In this document: piece by piece, positions 48,691 to 57,271 of the stretch | How the letters are laid out: each line of letters starts with the position of its first letter | How positions within the stretch are numbered: the stretch's first letter is position 1 | DNA from: Candidatus Micrarchaeota archaeon | GTDB lineage: Archaea > Micrarchaeota > Micrarchaeia > Anstonellales > Bilamarchaeaceae | Length of the DNA: 57,271 nt | Direction of reading: 5' to 3' | Assembly (NCBI GenBank): GCA_038046805.1 | Contig: JBBSVO010000006.1 | Location: 43,081-100,351, forward strand | The notes under the pieces: generated by a model | Told to the model about the DNA's origin: nothing | Database searches by the model: none | Seen by the model: only the letters and a program-made list of their open reading frames with translations | Translations under genes and position numbers: made by a program

Positions 48691-49326
48691 ATGCGATCAT
48701 TTGCCTGTGATGCAGTCATTATCGAAGATAACAAAATCGTTCTCATTCAGCGTGCAGCCGATCCGTTCAGAGGAGAATGGGCAGTTCCAGGCGGAAGGAT
48801 TGAAGATAACGAAACTGCAGAGCAGTGTCTGAAGCGAGAGGTAAAAGAAGAAACAGGCTTAGATGTCGAACCTATTATGTTAGTCGGAATATATAGTGAT
48901 CCGAACCGTGATCCACGCGGGGTTATCGCAGCATGTTACTTATGCAAAAGAACTGGTGGCCAGCTAAAAGGCGGAGATGATGCAGCAGATGCAAAATGGA
49001 TTCCTCTCAATGAGGTTCCGCAGCTTGCCGCTGACCACATGAGGATAGTGAAGGATGCGCTTAGGTATTCAAACGTGAAAAAGGGATTCACCGCAGTTTG
49101 CGACGACCTTTTGGCAATGGGGCTCACAAAAGAGGATGCAGACGTTGTAGCGGATTGCATAAAAACAAAGAAAGTCTGCTCCTGGATAAACAATGAAATG
49201 GTAAGCGAAAAAACAATTGCAGCATTGCAGCAATATCTCACAATCAACGGCCATCCGATTACTGTTAACATCAATGCTATGCCGTCAAGGGCAAAGTATA
49301 TCTGGGAAGTCAAACTGAAGAAGTAA
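48691..49326 (+). CDS. Nudix hydrolase (ADP-ribose pyrophosphatase-like) with an extra C-terminal domain
   Basis: Nudix box GGRIEDNETAEQCLKREVKEETG; YSDPNRDPR; GDDA. Confidence 0.9.
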   Translation: MRSFACDAVIIEDNKIVLIQRAADPFRGEWAVPGGRIEDNETAEQCLKREVKEETGLDVEPIMLVGIYSDPNRDPRGVIAACYLCKRTGGQLKGGDDAADAKWIPLNEVPQLAADHMRIVKDALRYSNVKKGFTAVCDDLLAMGLTKEDADVVADCIKTKKVCSWINNEMVSEKTIAALQQYLTINGHPITVNINAMPSRAKYIWEVKLKK

Positions 49327-49434
49327 ATCCGGGTCATGAGCTCGTAGTGTTCCGCGCGAGCGTAAGCGAAGCGCCATGCCCAAACACGACGATAAGTTCT
49401 TATTTCTTCTCTGTTTTTTAATTTCGGTGGTTCT

Positions 49435-50058
49435 GTGGCTGGTCGGATTAAAAAGAAAAAATTCGCGGGCGGAAAATTCAAAAAGACTGTGCGAAAAAGC
49501 GCGTCACTAAAATCAGGAACGAATCCCAAATCCCGTAGTTCAAAATCCAAACCACATATCACGAAACCAAAATCATTGAGCAGTAAACCAGCCCTTGAAT
49601 ACGTTTCATGGACTCAGGTCCAATCTATGTGCGAACAGCTTGCAGAAAAAGTGCGAAGATTTGCTCCGCATGTTCTTATCGGAGTTTCTCGCGGAGGACT
49701 TGTTCCGGTTCGCCTTTTATCAGATTCTTTAAACAATCACACTGTTGCCACAATCAGGATCGAGTTCTACAAGTCGATGGAGCAGACTACTGATTTCCCG
49801 CGAGTCACCCAACCAATCTCCCTTGATATCCGCGGCTTGCGTGTCCTGATCGTTGATGATGTTGTTGATACTGGTAGAAGTCTTTTAGTTGCAAAGGAAC
49901 TTGCGCGAAGAGGAATGGCCTCTGACGTCAAGGTTGCAACCATTCATTACAAACCCCGCTCATTGATTAAGCCAGACTTTTATATCAAGGAAACAAACAA
50001 ATGGCTTGTTTATCCATGGGAAGTTCATGAAGTGAAGAATCAATTGAAGCATCTTTGA
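49435..50058 (+). CDS. Purine phosphoribosyltransferase (type I PRT) with a Lys-rich N-terminal extension
   Basis: GVSRGGL, VLIVDDVVDTGRS, WLVYPWE. Confidence 0.88.
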   Translation: MAGRIKKKKFAGGKFKKTVRKSASLKSGTNPKSRSSKSKPHITKPKSLSSKPALEYVSWTQVQSMCEQLAEKVRRFAPHVLIGVSRGGLVPVRLLSDSLNNHTVATIRIEFYKSMEQTTDFPRVTQPISLDIRGLRVLIVDDVVDTGRSLLVAKELARRGMASDVKVATIHYKPRSLIKPDFYIKETNKWLVYPWEVHEVKNQLKHL

Positions 50059-50079
50059 TCTACAATTTGAGGCGAACTA

Positions 50080-50619
50080 ATGGGTGCAAAAGGTTTTTGG
50101 CTATTTATTATTCTAACTGCTGCGGTTACGGTTCCAATTTTTATTGTTCCGCTTTTGGCGCAATTCGCTCCTGATGTTTTCTCATTCGCACATGCTGCAT
50201 ACTCTCCAACCTGCCATCAACTAACTTCTCGTTCGCTGTGTTATTTCCCGAAAAACGGATCAGTAGGTTCATTTGAAGATTGTTTTCCAAGTGCGGAATT
50301 CAATGAATCAAAAGCAGCGAGCGTGAATAAGTCTGGCATGAGTGGTTACAAGATGCCCGTCTGCTCCCGCGATGTTGGCATTTATTCGTTCATGCTTATA
50401 GGCGGAATTATTTTTTCATTTGTCCGCAAAAAGGACGAGACCATGCTTCCTCCAGCTATCTGGCTTATTCTTGCGATTGTTCCGCTTGGAATTGATGGCA
50501 CTAGTCAACTTCTCGGATTCTGGGAAAGCACTAACATAATGAGGCTTATCACAGGAGCACTCGCCGGTTTAGCGATTCCGTTTTATGCAATCCCGCTGCT
50601 AAATAGGTTTTTTAAGTAA
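50080..50619 (+). CDS. DUF2085 membrane protein
   Basis: CHQ...RS, PVCSRDVGIY, DGTSQ, RLITG. Confidence 0.85.
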   Translation: MGAKGFWLFIILTAAVTVPIFIVPLLAQFAPDVFSFAHAAYSPTCHQLTSRSLCYFPKNGSVGSFEDCFPSAEFNESKAASVNKSGMSGYKMPVCSRDVGIYSFMLIGGIIFSFVRKKDETMLPPAIWLILAIVPLGIDGTSQLLGFWESTNIMRLITGALAGLAIPFYAIPLLNRFFK

Positions 50620-50644
50620 ATATGCGGTTATCTGTTCGGTATTT

Positions 50645-51412
50645 ATGTCAAATCCGGACGAATCATCTGTTCCAATGCAAACAACCAGTGTAAAACGAAT
50701 TATAGACGAGAATTACCGCATAAAAACATTCGAACTCGGAGTGTCATTGCCGGAAGCAAAGCCTGGCCAGTTTGCAATGGTCTGGGTTCCGCACATTGGG
50801 GAAAGGCCCATGAGTATTGGATCTGGTGCACCGCTTTCTTTCACGGTAGCAAAGGTCGGTCCAGTGAGCGAGGCATTACATAAATTAAAAGAAGGCGATC
50901 TATTTTCATTCCGCGGTCCTTTTGGAAACGGATTTAACATCGGTTCTAAATCATACAAAAAAATTCTTCTCGTAGGCGGTGGTTACGGAGTTGTTCCGCT
51001 TTCGTTTCTAGCAGAAGCTGCAAAAAAGAAAAAATTTTCAGTAACTGCAATTATTGCCGCCCGCAATGCAAGCGAAATTGTGCTGGAAAAAAGGCTGAAA
51101 AAAGCATGTAAGGTTATTGTTGCAACAGACGACGGAAGCAAAGGTTTCAAAGGAAATGCAGTTCAGGCCGCAAAAGCAGAAAATCTTTCATCGTTTGATT
51201 GCGTTTTCTCATGTGGTCCAGAAAAAATGATGTATTTTCTTGCGTTGGCCTGCAAAGATGCAAAAGTTCCGTGCCAATTAAGTCTTGAACGTCAGATGAA
51301 ATGCGGGATGGGAATCTGCGGTTCGTGTGCAATGAATGGAAAACTGGTTTGCAAGGACGGCCCAATCTTTAGTGGAGAAGAAGCATTGGGAATGAAGGAT
51401 TTCGGGAAATAA
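50645..51412 (+). CDS. pyrK: Dihydroorotate dehydrogenase electron-transfer subunit
   Basis: PGQF, RGPFGNGF, GGGYG, CGPE, MKCGMGICGSC...CKDGP. Confidence 0.88.
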   Translation: MSNPDESSVPMQTTSVKRIIDENYRIKTFELGVSLPEAKPGQFAMVWVPHIGERPMSIGSGAPLSFTVAKVGPVSEALHKLKEGDLFSFRGPFGNGFNIGSKSYKKILLVGGGYGVVPLSFLAEAAKKKKFSVTAIIAARNASEIVLEKRLKKACKVIVATDDGSKGFKGNAVQAAKAENLSSFDCVFSCGPEKMMYFLALACKDAKVPCQLSLERQMKCGMGICGSCAMNGKLVCKDGPIFSGEEALGMKDFGK

Positions 51413-51488
51413 GTTTGTGGTCTCGTCACTACCATTTTTCTTGTAGCCACCATTTAAATAGTAAACAAGAGATGAAATTCTGGTTATC

Positions 51489-52145
51489 ATGGCACTAAAA
51501 GACTGCCTACAAGAAGTCATACGTGGCATCAGGAAAGGCAAATTAATCGCAATTTACGATGGAGATGAACGAGAGGGAGAGGCCGACCTTGTTTTTCACG
51601 CAAGTTTTGCAACTCCGAAGAAAATCGAAATCCTCAGAAGAGCCGCTGGCGGTCTTATTTGTCTTGCTGTGGATAGAGAAATCGCAGAGCGGTTCTCCCT
51701 TCCGTTCTTTTCTGACCTCGTTTCTGATTCTGGTAATGCTCTAAAAGTAATCCTTTGCAAGAAAACAGCATATGGAGACAAACCTGCATTTTCGATTCCG
51801 ATAAACCATAACGAAGTTTATACCGGTATAACTGACAACGACCGTTCGCTTACCATCAAAAAATTTTCTGAACTTGTAGAATCCGGGGAAGGAAAACAGG
51901 ATTTTTGCAATAATTTTTATACTCCAGGTCATGTTTTTCTGCTTATTGGGCGTGGCATAGAGCACAGGCGTGGTCATACTGAGCTCTCCCTTGAACTGGC
52001 AAGGCGTGCTGGCATGAGCGGAACTATGGTTTTATGCGAAATGCTCGGAAAAGGAAAAGCGCTTTCAAAACAAAAGGTTAAGGAATATTGCAAGAAAAAT
52101 AGAATAAATTTTATCGAAGGAAGGGAAATTTATGGAAGACAATAA
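51489..52145 (+). CDS. ribB: 3,4-dihydroxy-2-butanone 4-phosphate synthase (archaeal type)
   Basis: YDGDEREGEAD, TGITDNDR, PGHV, RRGHTE, CEML. Confidence 0.92.
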   Translation: MALKDCLQEVIRGIRKGKLIAIYDGDEREGEADLVFHASFATPKKIEILRRAAGGLICLAVDREIAERFSLPFFSDLVSDSGNALKVILCKKTAYGDKPAFSIPINHNEVYTGITDNDRSLTIKKFSELVESGEGKQDFCNNFYTPGHVFLLIGRGIEHRRGHTELSLELARRAGMSGTMVLCEMLGKGKALSKQKVKEYCKKNRINFIEGREIYGRQ

Positions 52146-53049
52146 ACCAATTCAAAACTCAAAAATCCGCATAGGGGTTGTAGACACCACATTCTCACGT
52201 GTGAATATGGGTGCAATTGCTTTGGACGAATTCAAAAAAAGTTTTCCGCACGTTGAAATCGTGCGCCATACCGTTCCCGGTATAAAGGACCTTGCCGTTG
52301 AATGCAAGAAGCTTCTTGATGATGGTTGCAATATTGTTGTTGCACTTGGGATGGTTGGTGGCGCTCAAATTGATATTCAATGTGCCCACGAAGCCTCTCT
52401 TGGAATTCAGCAGGCAAAACTACTGACAAATAAGCATATTGTCGAGGTTTTCATTCATGAAAACGAAGGCTGGAGCGAACGCGAGTTTTTGGAAATATGT
52501 GAAAACCGCATTCGGAAGCATGTTGAGAACGCAGTTCTGCTCGCGGAAAATCCAAACGCACTTGTTGAAAATGCAGGAAAAGGAATCAGGCAGGGAAAGG
52601 AAGATGAAGGAACAATAGACGGCGAAAATGCGGACAAACCAATTGTTCTGGGGGTTGTCGTTGCCTCGTTCAACGAGGATATTGCAATCGAAATGGCAAA
52701 AACTGCAAAGGAAACTGCCGAGGAAAGTGATGCAATCATTTTAGAAGTTCTCGAAGTTCCAGGAGCTTTTGATGTCCCGCTTGCGGTAAAGAAACTGCTT
52801 CTAAACAAGAAAATAGATGCAGTGGCAACACTTGGTGCCATCATAAAGGGAGAAACTGCACATGATGAACTTATTGCCAAAAGTACGGCCAATAAATTGT
52901 CAGAGCTTTCCCTTGAATTCAACAAGCCCGTTACTTTAGGAATAATCGGTCCAGATGCTGACGAGGATGCGGCTGATGAAAGAAAAGAGGAATATGCAAA
53001 GCGTGCAGTTAATGCCGCGATTTCTCTTGCGAGAAAACTAAGGAGATAA
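52132..53049 (+). CDS. ribC-ribH: Fused archaeal riboflavin synthase and lumazine synthase (RibC-RibH)
   Basis: N-half has GVVDTTFSRVNM, TVPGIKDL, AHEASLG, AGKGIRQG. C-half has VVASFN, VPGAFDVP, GAIIKGETAHD, KPVTLGIIGP. No stop between the halves. Confidence 0.9.
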   Translation: MEDNKPIQNSKIRIGVVDTTFSRVNMGAIALDEFKKSFPHVEIVRHTVPGIKDLAVECKKLLDDGCNIVVALGMVGGAQIDIQCAHEASLGIQQAKLLTNKHIVEVFIHENEGWSEREFLEICENRIRKHVENAVLLAENPNALVENAGKGIRQGKEDEGTIDGENADKPIVLGVVVASFNEDIAIEMAKTAKETAEESDAIILEVLEVPGAFDVPLAVKKLLLNKKIDAVATLGAIIKGETAHDELIAKSTANKLSELSLEFNKPVTLGIIGPDADEDAADERKEEYAKRAVNAAISLARKLRR

Positions 53050-53050
53050 A

Positions 53051-53632
53051 ATGGTGCTAAACCAGGTAGCAGATGCGTTTTTTCCTTCAAAATTCGGAAT
53101 GTTCAGGATTTATGCCTTTACCAACGGAGATGGAAAAGAGCATCTTGCACTTATTTGCGGGAAAAATGAAACCGGAACAGTGCCGCTCGTGAGGATTCAT
53201 TCCAAATGCCTGACTGGAGACACGCTCGCATCCTTTCGTTGCGACTGCAGGAGCCAGCTTGAGGCGGCACTTAAAATGATTTCAAAGGCCGGGAACGGAA
53301 TCCTGCTTTATTTAGATCAGGAAGGCCGCGGTATTGGTCTTTCCAACAAAATAAAAGCATACGCGCTTCAGGATAACGGAATGGACACCGTAGAGGCAAA
53401 TGTTCATCTTGGCTTTCCTGATGATTTGCGTGATTATTCCGCTGCTGCGGAAATCCTTCGCATTCTCGGAATTCGTGAAGTGCGGCTCATCACAAATAAT
53501 CTGAAAAAGACAGATTGTCTGGAAAAGTGCGGAATAAAAATAACCGAAAGAGTTCCGCTTGTTGTTAAAACAAATAAATTTAATAAAAAATACATCGAAA
53601 CCAAAAGGAATAAGATGAATCACATTCTATAA
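53051..53632 (+). CDS. ribA: GTP cyclohydrolase II (bacterial type)
   Basis: RIHSKCLTGD, RCDC, QEGRGIGL, YALQD. Confidence 0.95.
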   Translation: MVLNQVADAFFPSKFGMFRIYAFTNGDGKEHLALICGKNETGTVPLVRIHSKCLTGDTLASFRCDCRSQLEAALKMISKAGNGILLYLDQEGRGIGLSNKIKAYALQDNGMDTVEANVHLGFPDDLRDYSAAAEILRILGIREVRLITNNLKKTDCLEKCGIKITERVPLVVKTNKFNKKYIETKRNKMNHIL

Positions 53633-53871
53633 TGCGCCATGGAGGTAATCTGATGTTCGCGGAAATAGCGTATTCAATTGTTTTAGGAAAGACCGTCATC
53701 TTTTGGACAGGTACTTTGGCATTTCTAACACTTATCTCTGGTGCAGGCATCGCCTTTTTCAAAAAGCCAATATTTCACAAGAATTATCTAGATGATCATA
53801 AGATAATTGTCAAAATAGGGATTCTCTTTGCAATATTGCATGCCATCCTTGCCATTGGTGCGTATCTATGA
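53632..53871 (+). CDS. Small membrane protein
   Basis: Two hydrophobic helices with His residues; overlaps both neighbours. Confidence 0.6.
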   Translation: MRHGGNLMFAEIAYSIVLGKTVIFWTGTLAFLTLISGAGIAFFKKPIFHKNYLDDHKIIVKIGILFAILHAILAIGAYL

Positions 53872-54275
53872 CCCGCAAATTCCTTCCGCATATGTCTGAT
53901 GTTTTGATAGAAACATATGGAAAAACCTTTGAAAGCGCATACCAGGAGCTGTGTATTGGAATGTTTTCTCAAATGGGGCGTGACAGCGTTAAGAAGGAAT
54001 CCGAGTCTTTTTCAGTAAACCAGAAAGCTAATACCCTGGATGAGCTCGTTGTCAATTCTTTATCTGAAATCCTTGCCGAATGCGAGATAGAGCGGGTTAT
54101 CCCAAAAAAGGTAAATGTAAAAGAGTTCGACGAGGCGGAAAAATCCATTTCTTTGGACGTAATCGGTGGAACCGGAATTCCGAGAAATATAATAAAGGCG
54201 GTTACTTATCACGAATTGAAGGTTGAGAAGGATAAGAAAGGGAATTGGACGATAAGGGTGCTGTTTGATATATGA
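53868..54275 (+). CDS. Archease
   Basis: HMSDV, IKAVTYH, VLFDI. Confidence 0.92.
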   Translation: MTRKFLPHMSDVLIETYGKTFESAYQELCIGMFSQMGRDSVKKESESFSVNQKANTLDELVVNSLSEILAECEIERVIPKKVNVKEFDEAEKSISLDVIGGTGIPRNIIKAVTYHELKVEKDKKGNWTIRVLFDI

Positions 54276-54826
54276 CTAGTGCTATGCATAATGCTCTGAG
54301 AAATGCGAGCTTGACAACGCGGGAGCGGGTACTGCGCGATATTGGCAGAAAACTTGAACCAGATCCGATTGCACTCAAGCCCGGATTGGTCACGCAGATG
54401 ACGGCATTATCCGGCTTTCCTCCGCTCAAAATCATCCGTTCTCCTGAGCAGCCGAGATTGAGCGAAAGGATTAGCAAAATTGAAGTTCATGACCGAAAAC
54501 GCAAAATGGCGGCAATTGCAGCTGCAGCAAGCGTAATTATTCTTGCAGTATCCGGATGCAAACAGGCGAATCCTGTTCGTAGCGATGTCTGTTTTGTCCC
54601 AAGAGAACCAGCAATAGAAGATGCCCGTGGGATAACCGACGGCACGAACGAGAAGCCCGTTGATGTAACTGAGAGGGTTGTTTTCTCGTCTGTTCCTAAC
54701 AATAAGTATTTTACTATGCCGCACATTCCGGATACAAAAGGAGACGGACAAGAATATAATCTAAGAAAACGCCTTTCGGACGGGTCTTCGATAACCGTCA
54801 AGTCACCTAATCAATCTTCCCCTTAG
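54272..54826 (+). CDS. Hypothetical protein with an internal hydrophobic/lipobox-like segment
   Basis: ATGA overlap with archease; AAASVIILAVSGC. Confidence 0.5.
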   Translation: MTSAMHNALRNASLTTRERVLRDIGRKLEPDPIALKPGLVTQMTALSGFPPLKIIRSPEQPRLSERISKIEVHDRKRKMAAIAAAASVIILAVSGCKQANPVRSDVCFVPREPAIEDARGITDGTNEKPVDVTERVVFSSVPNNKYFTMPHIPDTKGDGQEYNLRKRLSDGSSITVKSPNQSSP

Positions 54827-55397
54827 CAAAATTATCCACAACCTTCTTCATGGCCGCATGTTCCCGCACGAGTATTTTTGCCGAGACTTCCTCTGCGCTC
54901 TTGCATTCGCTGATATCTACTTTTTCCTGATAGATGATTGCACCGCCATCAAGGTCTTCTGTTACAAAATGAATCGTTAAGCCGCTTTCTTTTAATCCTG
55001 CTTCAAACGCATCTTTCTGCGAGTTCGTGCTTCCCTTAAACTGCGGCAAAAGGGATGGGTGAATATTGATTATTTTATTTTTGAACCGTTCGAAGATACG
55101 CGCACCCCTTAATATGCGCATGTACCCCGCGAGAACAACGAGTTCGGCACTATACTGCTCGAGTATTTCCGCGATCCTTTTATCCGCGTCCTCACGTTTC
55201 TGGAATGATTTGAAATTGACGATCTCTACCGGAATTCCCGCTTTCTTCGCCCGCTCTATTGCCTGCGCATTTGGATTATCAGTGATTAGAACCGCGATAT
55301 TGCAGGCCACTTCCCCGTTTTCCGCACCATCTATCAATGCCTGAAAATTTGAGCCGCGGCCGCTTGCAAGAACCCCAATGCGGATTTTGTTGACCAT
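54807..55397 (-). CDS. purN: Phosphoribosylglycinamide formyltransferase
   Basis: LASGRGSNFQA, LAGYMRIL, NIHPSLLP, HFVTEDLDGG. Confidence 0.96.
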   Translation of the reverse strand: MVNKIRIGVLASGRGSNFQALIDGAENGEVACNIAVLITDNPNAQAIERAKKAGIPVEIVNFKSFQKREDADKRIAEILEQYSAELVVLAGYMRILRGARIFERFKNKIINIHPSLLPQFKGSTNSQKDAFEAGLKESGLTIHFVTEDLDGGAIIYQEKVDISECKSAEEVSAKILVREHAAMKKVVDNFAKGKID

Positions 55398-55421
55398 AGA
55401 ATCCTTTCCCCCCTAACAAAT

Positions 55422-56438
55422 TTAACGCTTGCCCTCTGCCTTTCCTCTTTTGCGTTCCTCTTCATCTTTTATGTCCCCGAATATCTCCTCAAGCAGATCC
55501 TCAAACGCAATTATGCCTGTCTGATTCCATTTTTCATCAACAACAACCGCCATGTGAATGTGCTCGTATTGCATTTTCTTGAACAAGGCGTTCAAAGGCT
55601 CGTTTTCTGAAACGAAGATAGGTCCAAGCGTGGAGAGGATTTCACGCAGCTGAAGCGCACCCTTGCCTTCTTTTATCAGCCGGTCAAGGTGTTTTGTATG
55701 GATTATACCCATTACGCGATCTACGTCTTTCGAATACACCGGATATCTTGAAAATCCTTTTTCAATTGCAAAGGATTTGGCCGCCTGGACAGACATACTC
55801 GAATCTAGCATTACTGCATCTTCGAGTGGCAGCATGGAATTTTTAACTAGGCTACCGCGAAAATCAAGCAGTTTGTTTATCAGCTGGTGCTCGGCTTCCT
55901 CTATCGCCTTTTCCTCAACCCCAATCTCGAGTATGGCTCGGAGCTCCGTCTGCGTGAGCATAGGTCTGGACATGGCTGTGTTTTTCAACAACAATTTAGG
56001 CACAAACTCGAACCCTATGATAATCGGTAAAAAGAGCGACTCTAACAGTTGTAGAACTGGAACACAACTCCTTGCGATGTCTTCTGCCTTTTGCACTGCA
56101 AACGTCTTTGGAATGATTTCACCGAAAGTGAGGATGATGAATGTCATAATGCCTGTCGCAATGCCAACCCCTGCCTCTCCGAAATAAGAAATTGCAAGGC
56201 CAGTACCTATCGCTGACGCGGAAATGTTTACTACATTATTTCCTATTAGAATAGTTGTTATGAGCCTGCGGGGATTCTGTTTTATTTTTTCTATTGCATT
56301 TGCACCGGGAATGCCCTGCTTGACCATTCTCCGGATTCGTACGCGCGTAAGGGTGAAAAGCGCGATTTCACTTGCAGAAAAGAATGCTGAAAATGCGACC
56401 AAAACTACTAAAACAAAAATCCAAAATACGGACATCAT
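55422..56438 (-). CDS. CNNM/DUF21 + CBS (CorC/TlyC-like) membrane protein
   Basis: FFSASEIAL, ILIGNN, FGEIIPK, FSRYPV, EDLLEEIFG. Confidence 0.92.
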   Translation of the reverse strand: MMSVFWIFVLVVLVAFSAFFSASEIALFTLTRVRIRRMVKQGIPGANAIEKIKQNPRRLITTILIGNNVVNISASAIGTGLAISYFGEAGVGIATGIMTFIILTFGEIIPKTFAVQKAEDIARSCVPVLQLLESLFLPIIIGFEFVPKLLLKNTAMSRPMLTQTELRAILEIGVEEKAIEEAEHQLINKLLDFRGSLVKNSMLPLEDAVMLDSSMSVQAAKSFAIEKGFSRYPVYSKDVDRVMGIIHTKHLDRLIKEGKGALQLREILSTLGPIFVSENEPLNALFKKMQYEHIHMAVVVDEKWNQTGIIAFEDLLEEIFGDIKDEEERKRGKAEGKR

Positions 56439-56989
56439 AAACCAAGCACCCTCTTTTCGCTCACAACACAATCGAGCCTTACATCATGTTCGTGCCTTGG
56501 GATTTTTTCAACAATCTGAAGATCAAAACAAACTCCCAGTTTGAATGTTTTCAGCCGCGCGAACAGCTTGTCATAGTATCCTTTCCCATATCCTAATCGG
56601 TGAAAGTCGATATCAAACGCAAGTCCCGGGACAATTACGATATCTGGTTCGCGGTTCGGATTTATTTTCGTTTTTGGTTCAAGAATCCCGAATTTCGCGG
56701 GCTTGAGATCATCAAAGGATGTGAATTTCACGAATTCGATGTGATTGTCGGAACTGATAACCGGAACAAGAACCTCCTTATCAGCGATTGCTTGCAAAAT
56801 GAGTGGTTTTACGTCCACTTCGCTTCCTTTCGGAATATAAAGCGCAACCGTTCGTGCGGATTTGAATTCATCCAATCCCAGGACGCTTTCGCAGATTTTC
56901 AGAGATGCTGCAGTGGCAATTCCTTTATCCCAATTATCTCTTTGTTGTCGCATTTTCGTACGCAGGACTTCCTTTGTTGAAGCAATCAT
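56435..56989 (-). CDS. 5-formyltetrahydrofolate cyclo-ligase
   Basis: FGILEP, IVPGLAFD, RLGYGKGYYD, HDV. Confidence 0.95.
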   Translation of the reverse strand: MIASTKEVLRTKMRQQRDNWDKGIATAASLKICESVLGLDEFKSARTVALYIPKGSEVDVKPLILQAIADKEVLVPVISSDNHIEFVKFTSFDDLKPAKFGILEPKTKINPNREPDIVIVPGLAFDIDFHRLGYGKGYYDKLFARLKTFKLGVCFDLQIVEKIPRHEHDVRLDCVVSEKRVLGL

Positions 56990-57041
56990 GATTCTATTAC
57001 AACATATCCGTATTTAAACATTTTTTATTGTATATTATCAC

Positions 57042-57271
57042 ATGAGTAGTCCAGTTTGTATTAAGGTATCAAATCAATGCAATTTTGTTGCCTTATCCAG
57101 CGGAAAGAGGGCTACACGGAGATTTCCACCTAGAAAATGTTTAGTGGAAACCCCTGGTTCAACAGCAGAGCAAGTAAAAAGAAAAACCCTTGGAAGTTGC
57201 AAAGAAGCAATAATCAGTTATGTTAGAGCTAATCCAAATTGCCATACTGCAGATCTTGTTAAGATTGCAAG
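57042..57271 (+). CDS. Hypothetical protein, 3'-truncated
   Basis: ATG about 24 nt after TTTAAA; frame open to the window end (MSSPVCIKVS...IISYVRANPNCHTADLVKIA). Confidence 0.5.
   Translation, partial: MSSPVCIKVSNQCNFVALSSGKRATRRFPPRKCLVETPGSTAEQVKRKTLGSCKEAIISYVRANPNCHTADLVKIA

Noticed and set aside
49342..49392. Imperfect hairpin TCGTAGTGTT...AACACGACGA with an inner GCGC stem
   Set aside because: Single copy in the window; cannot distinguish a REP-like element from chance.
1..57271. CRISPR array, rRNA, integrase, transposase, reverse transcriptase or DGR template repeat
   Set aside because: No repeat-spacer periodicity or diagnostic motifs seen; the heptamer arrays lack spacers.

Overview
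Archaeal chromosomal segment with no CRISPR array, rRNA, integrase or transposase visible. Archaeal markers are rpoE'-spt4, secF-secD, archease, archaeal RibB/RibC/RibK, BHB-intron tRNAs, and TTTAAATA boxes about 24 nt before apparently leaderless starts. A DPANN/Micrarchaeota-like lineage is inferred, not proven. From left to right the window holds: a 5'-truncated giant LamG/Ig/Cys-rich surface protein; tRNA-Leu(CAG) with three introns, followed by a 1.2-kb integrase-less islet bounded by a 13-bp tRNA-3' duplication; a bacterial-type aroF-aroB-aroD-aroE/K-aroA-aroC-pheA-tyrA operon; a DGR-target-like gene; an AbiE-like pair sitting between trpA and a fossil trpA 3' end; trpEGDCBA (no trpF) with divergent trpY; tRNA-Ala(CGC); secFD; glyS; rpoE'/spt4; pilin-like genes; thiolase and DUF35 split by four orphan membrane genes; VapBC and RelBE modules; folD; tRNA-Val(GAC) with two introns; and riboflavin genes including a RibC-RibH fusion. 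The top observation is an uncalled 27-codon leader peptide, MNSAKANIKSNAFDFFSFSYFGYWFDY (16569-16652, minus strand), in which 10 of the last 15 codons are Phe/Tyr/Trp. It lies upstream of the aromatic operon and is followed by mutually exclusive hairpins, making it a candidate ribosome-dependent attenuator in an archaeon. Also notable are palindromic elements inserted in-frame in proteins, a hairpin-dense 330-nt intergenic region, and strand-polarised heptamer arrays that even occur inside a tRNA intron. All calls come from reading the sequence by eye; no searches or folding programs were run.
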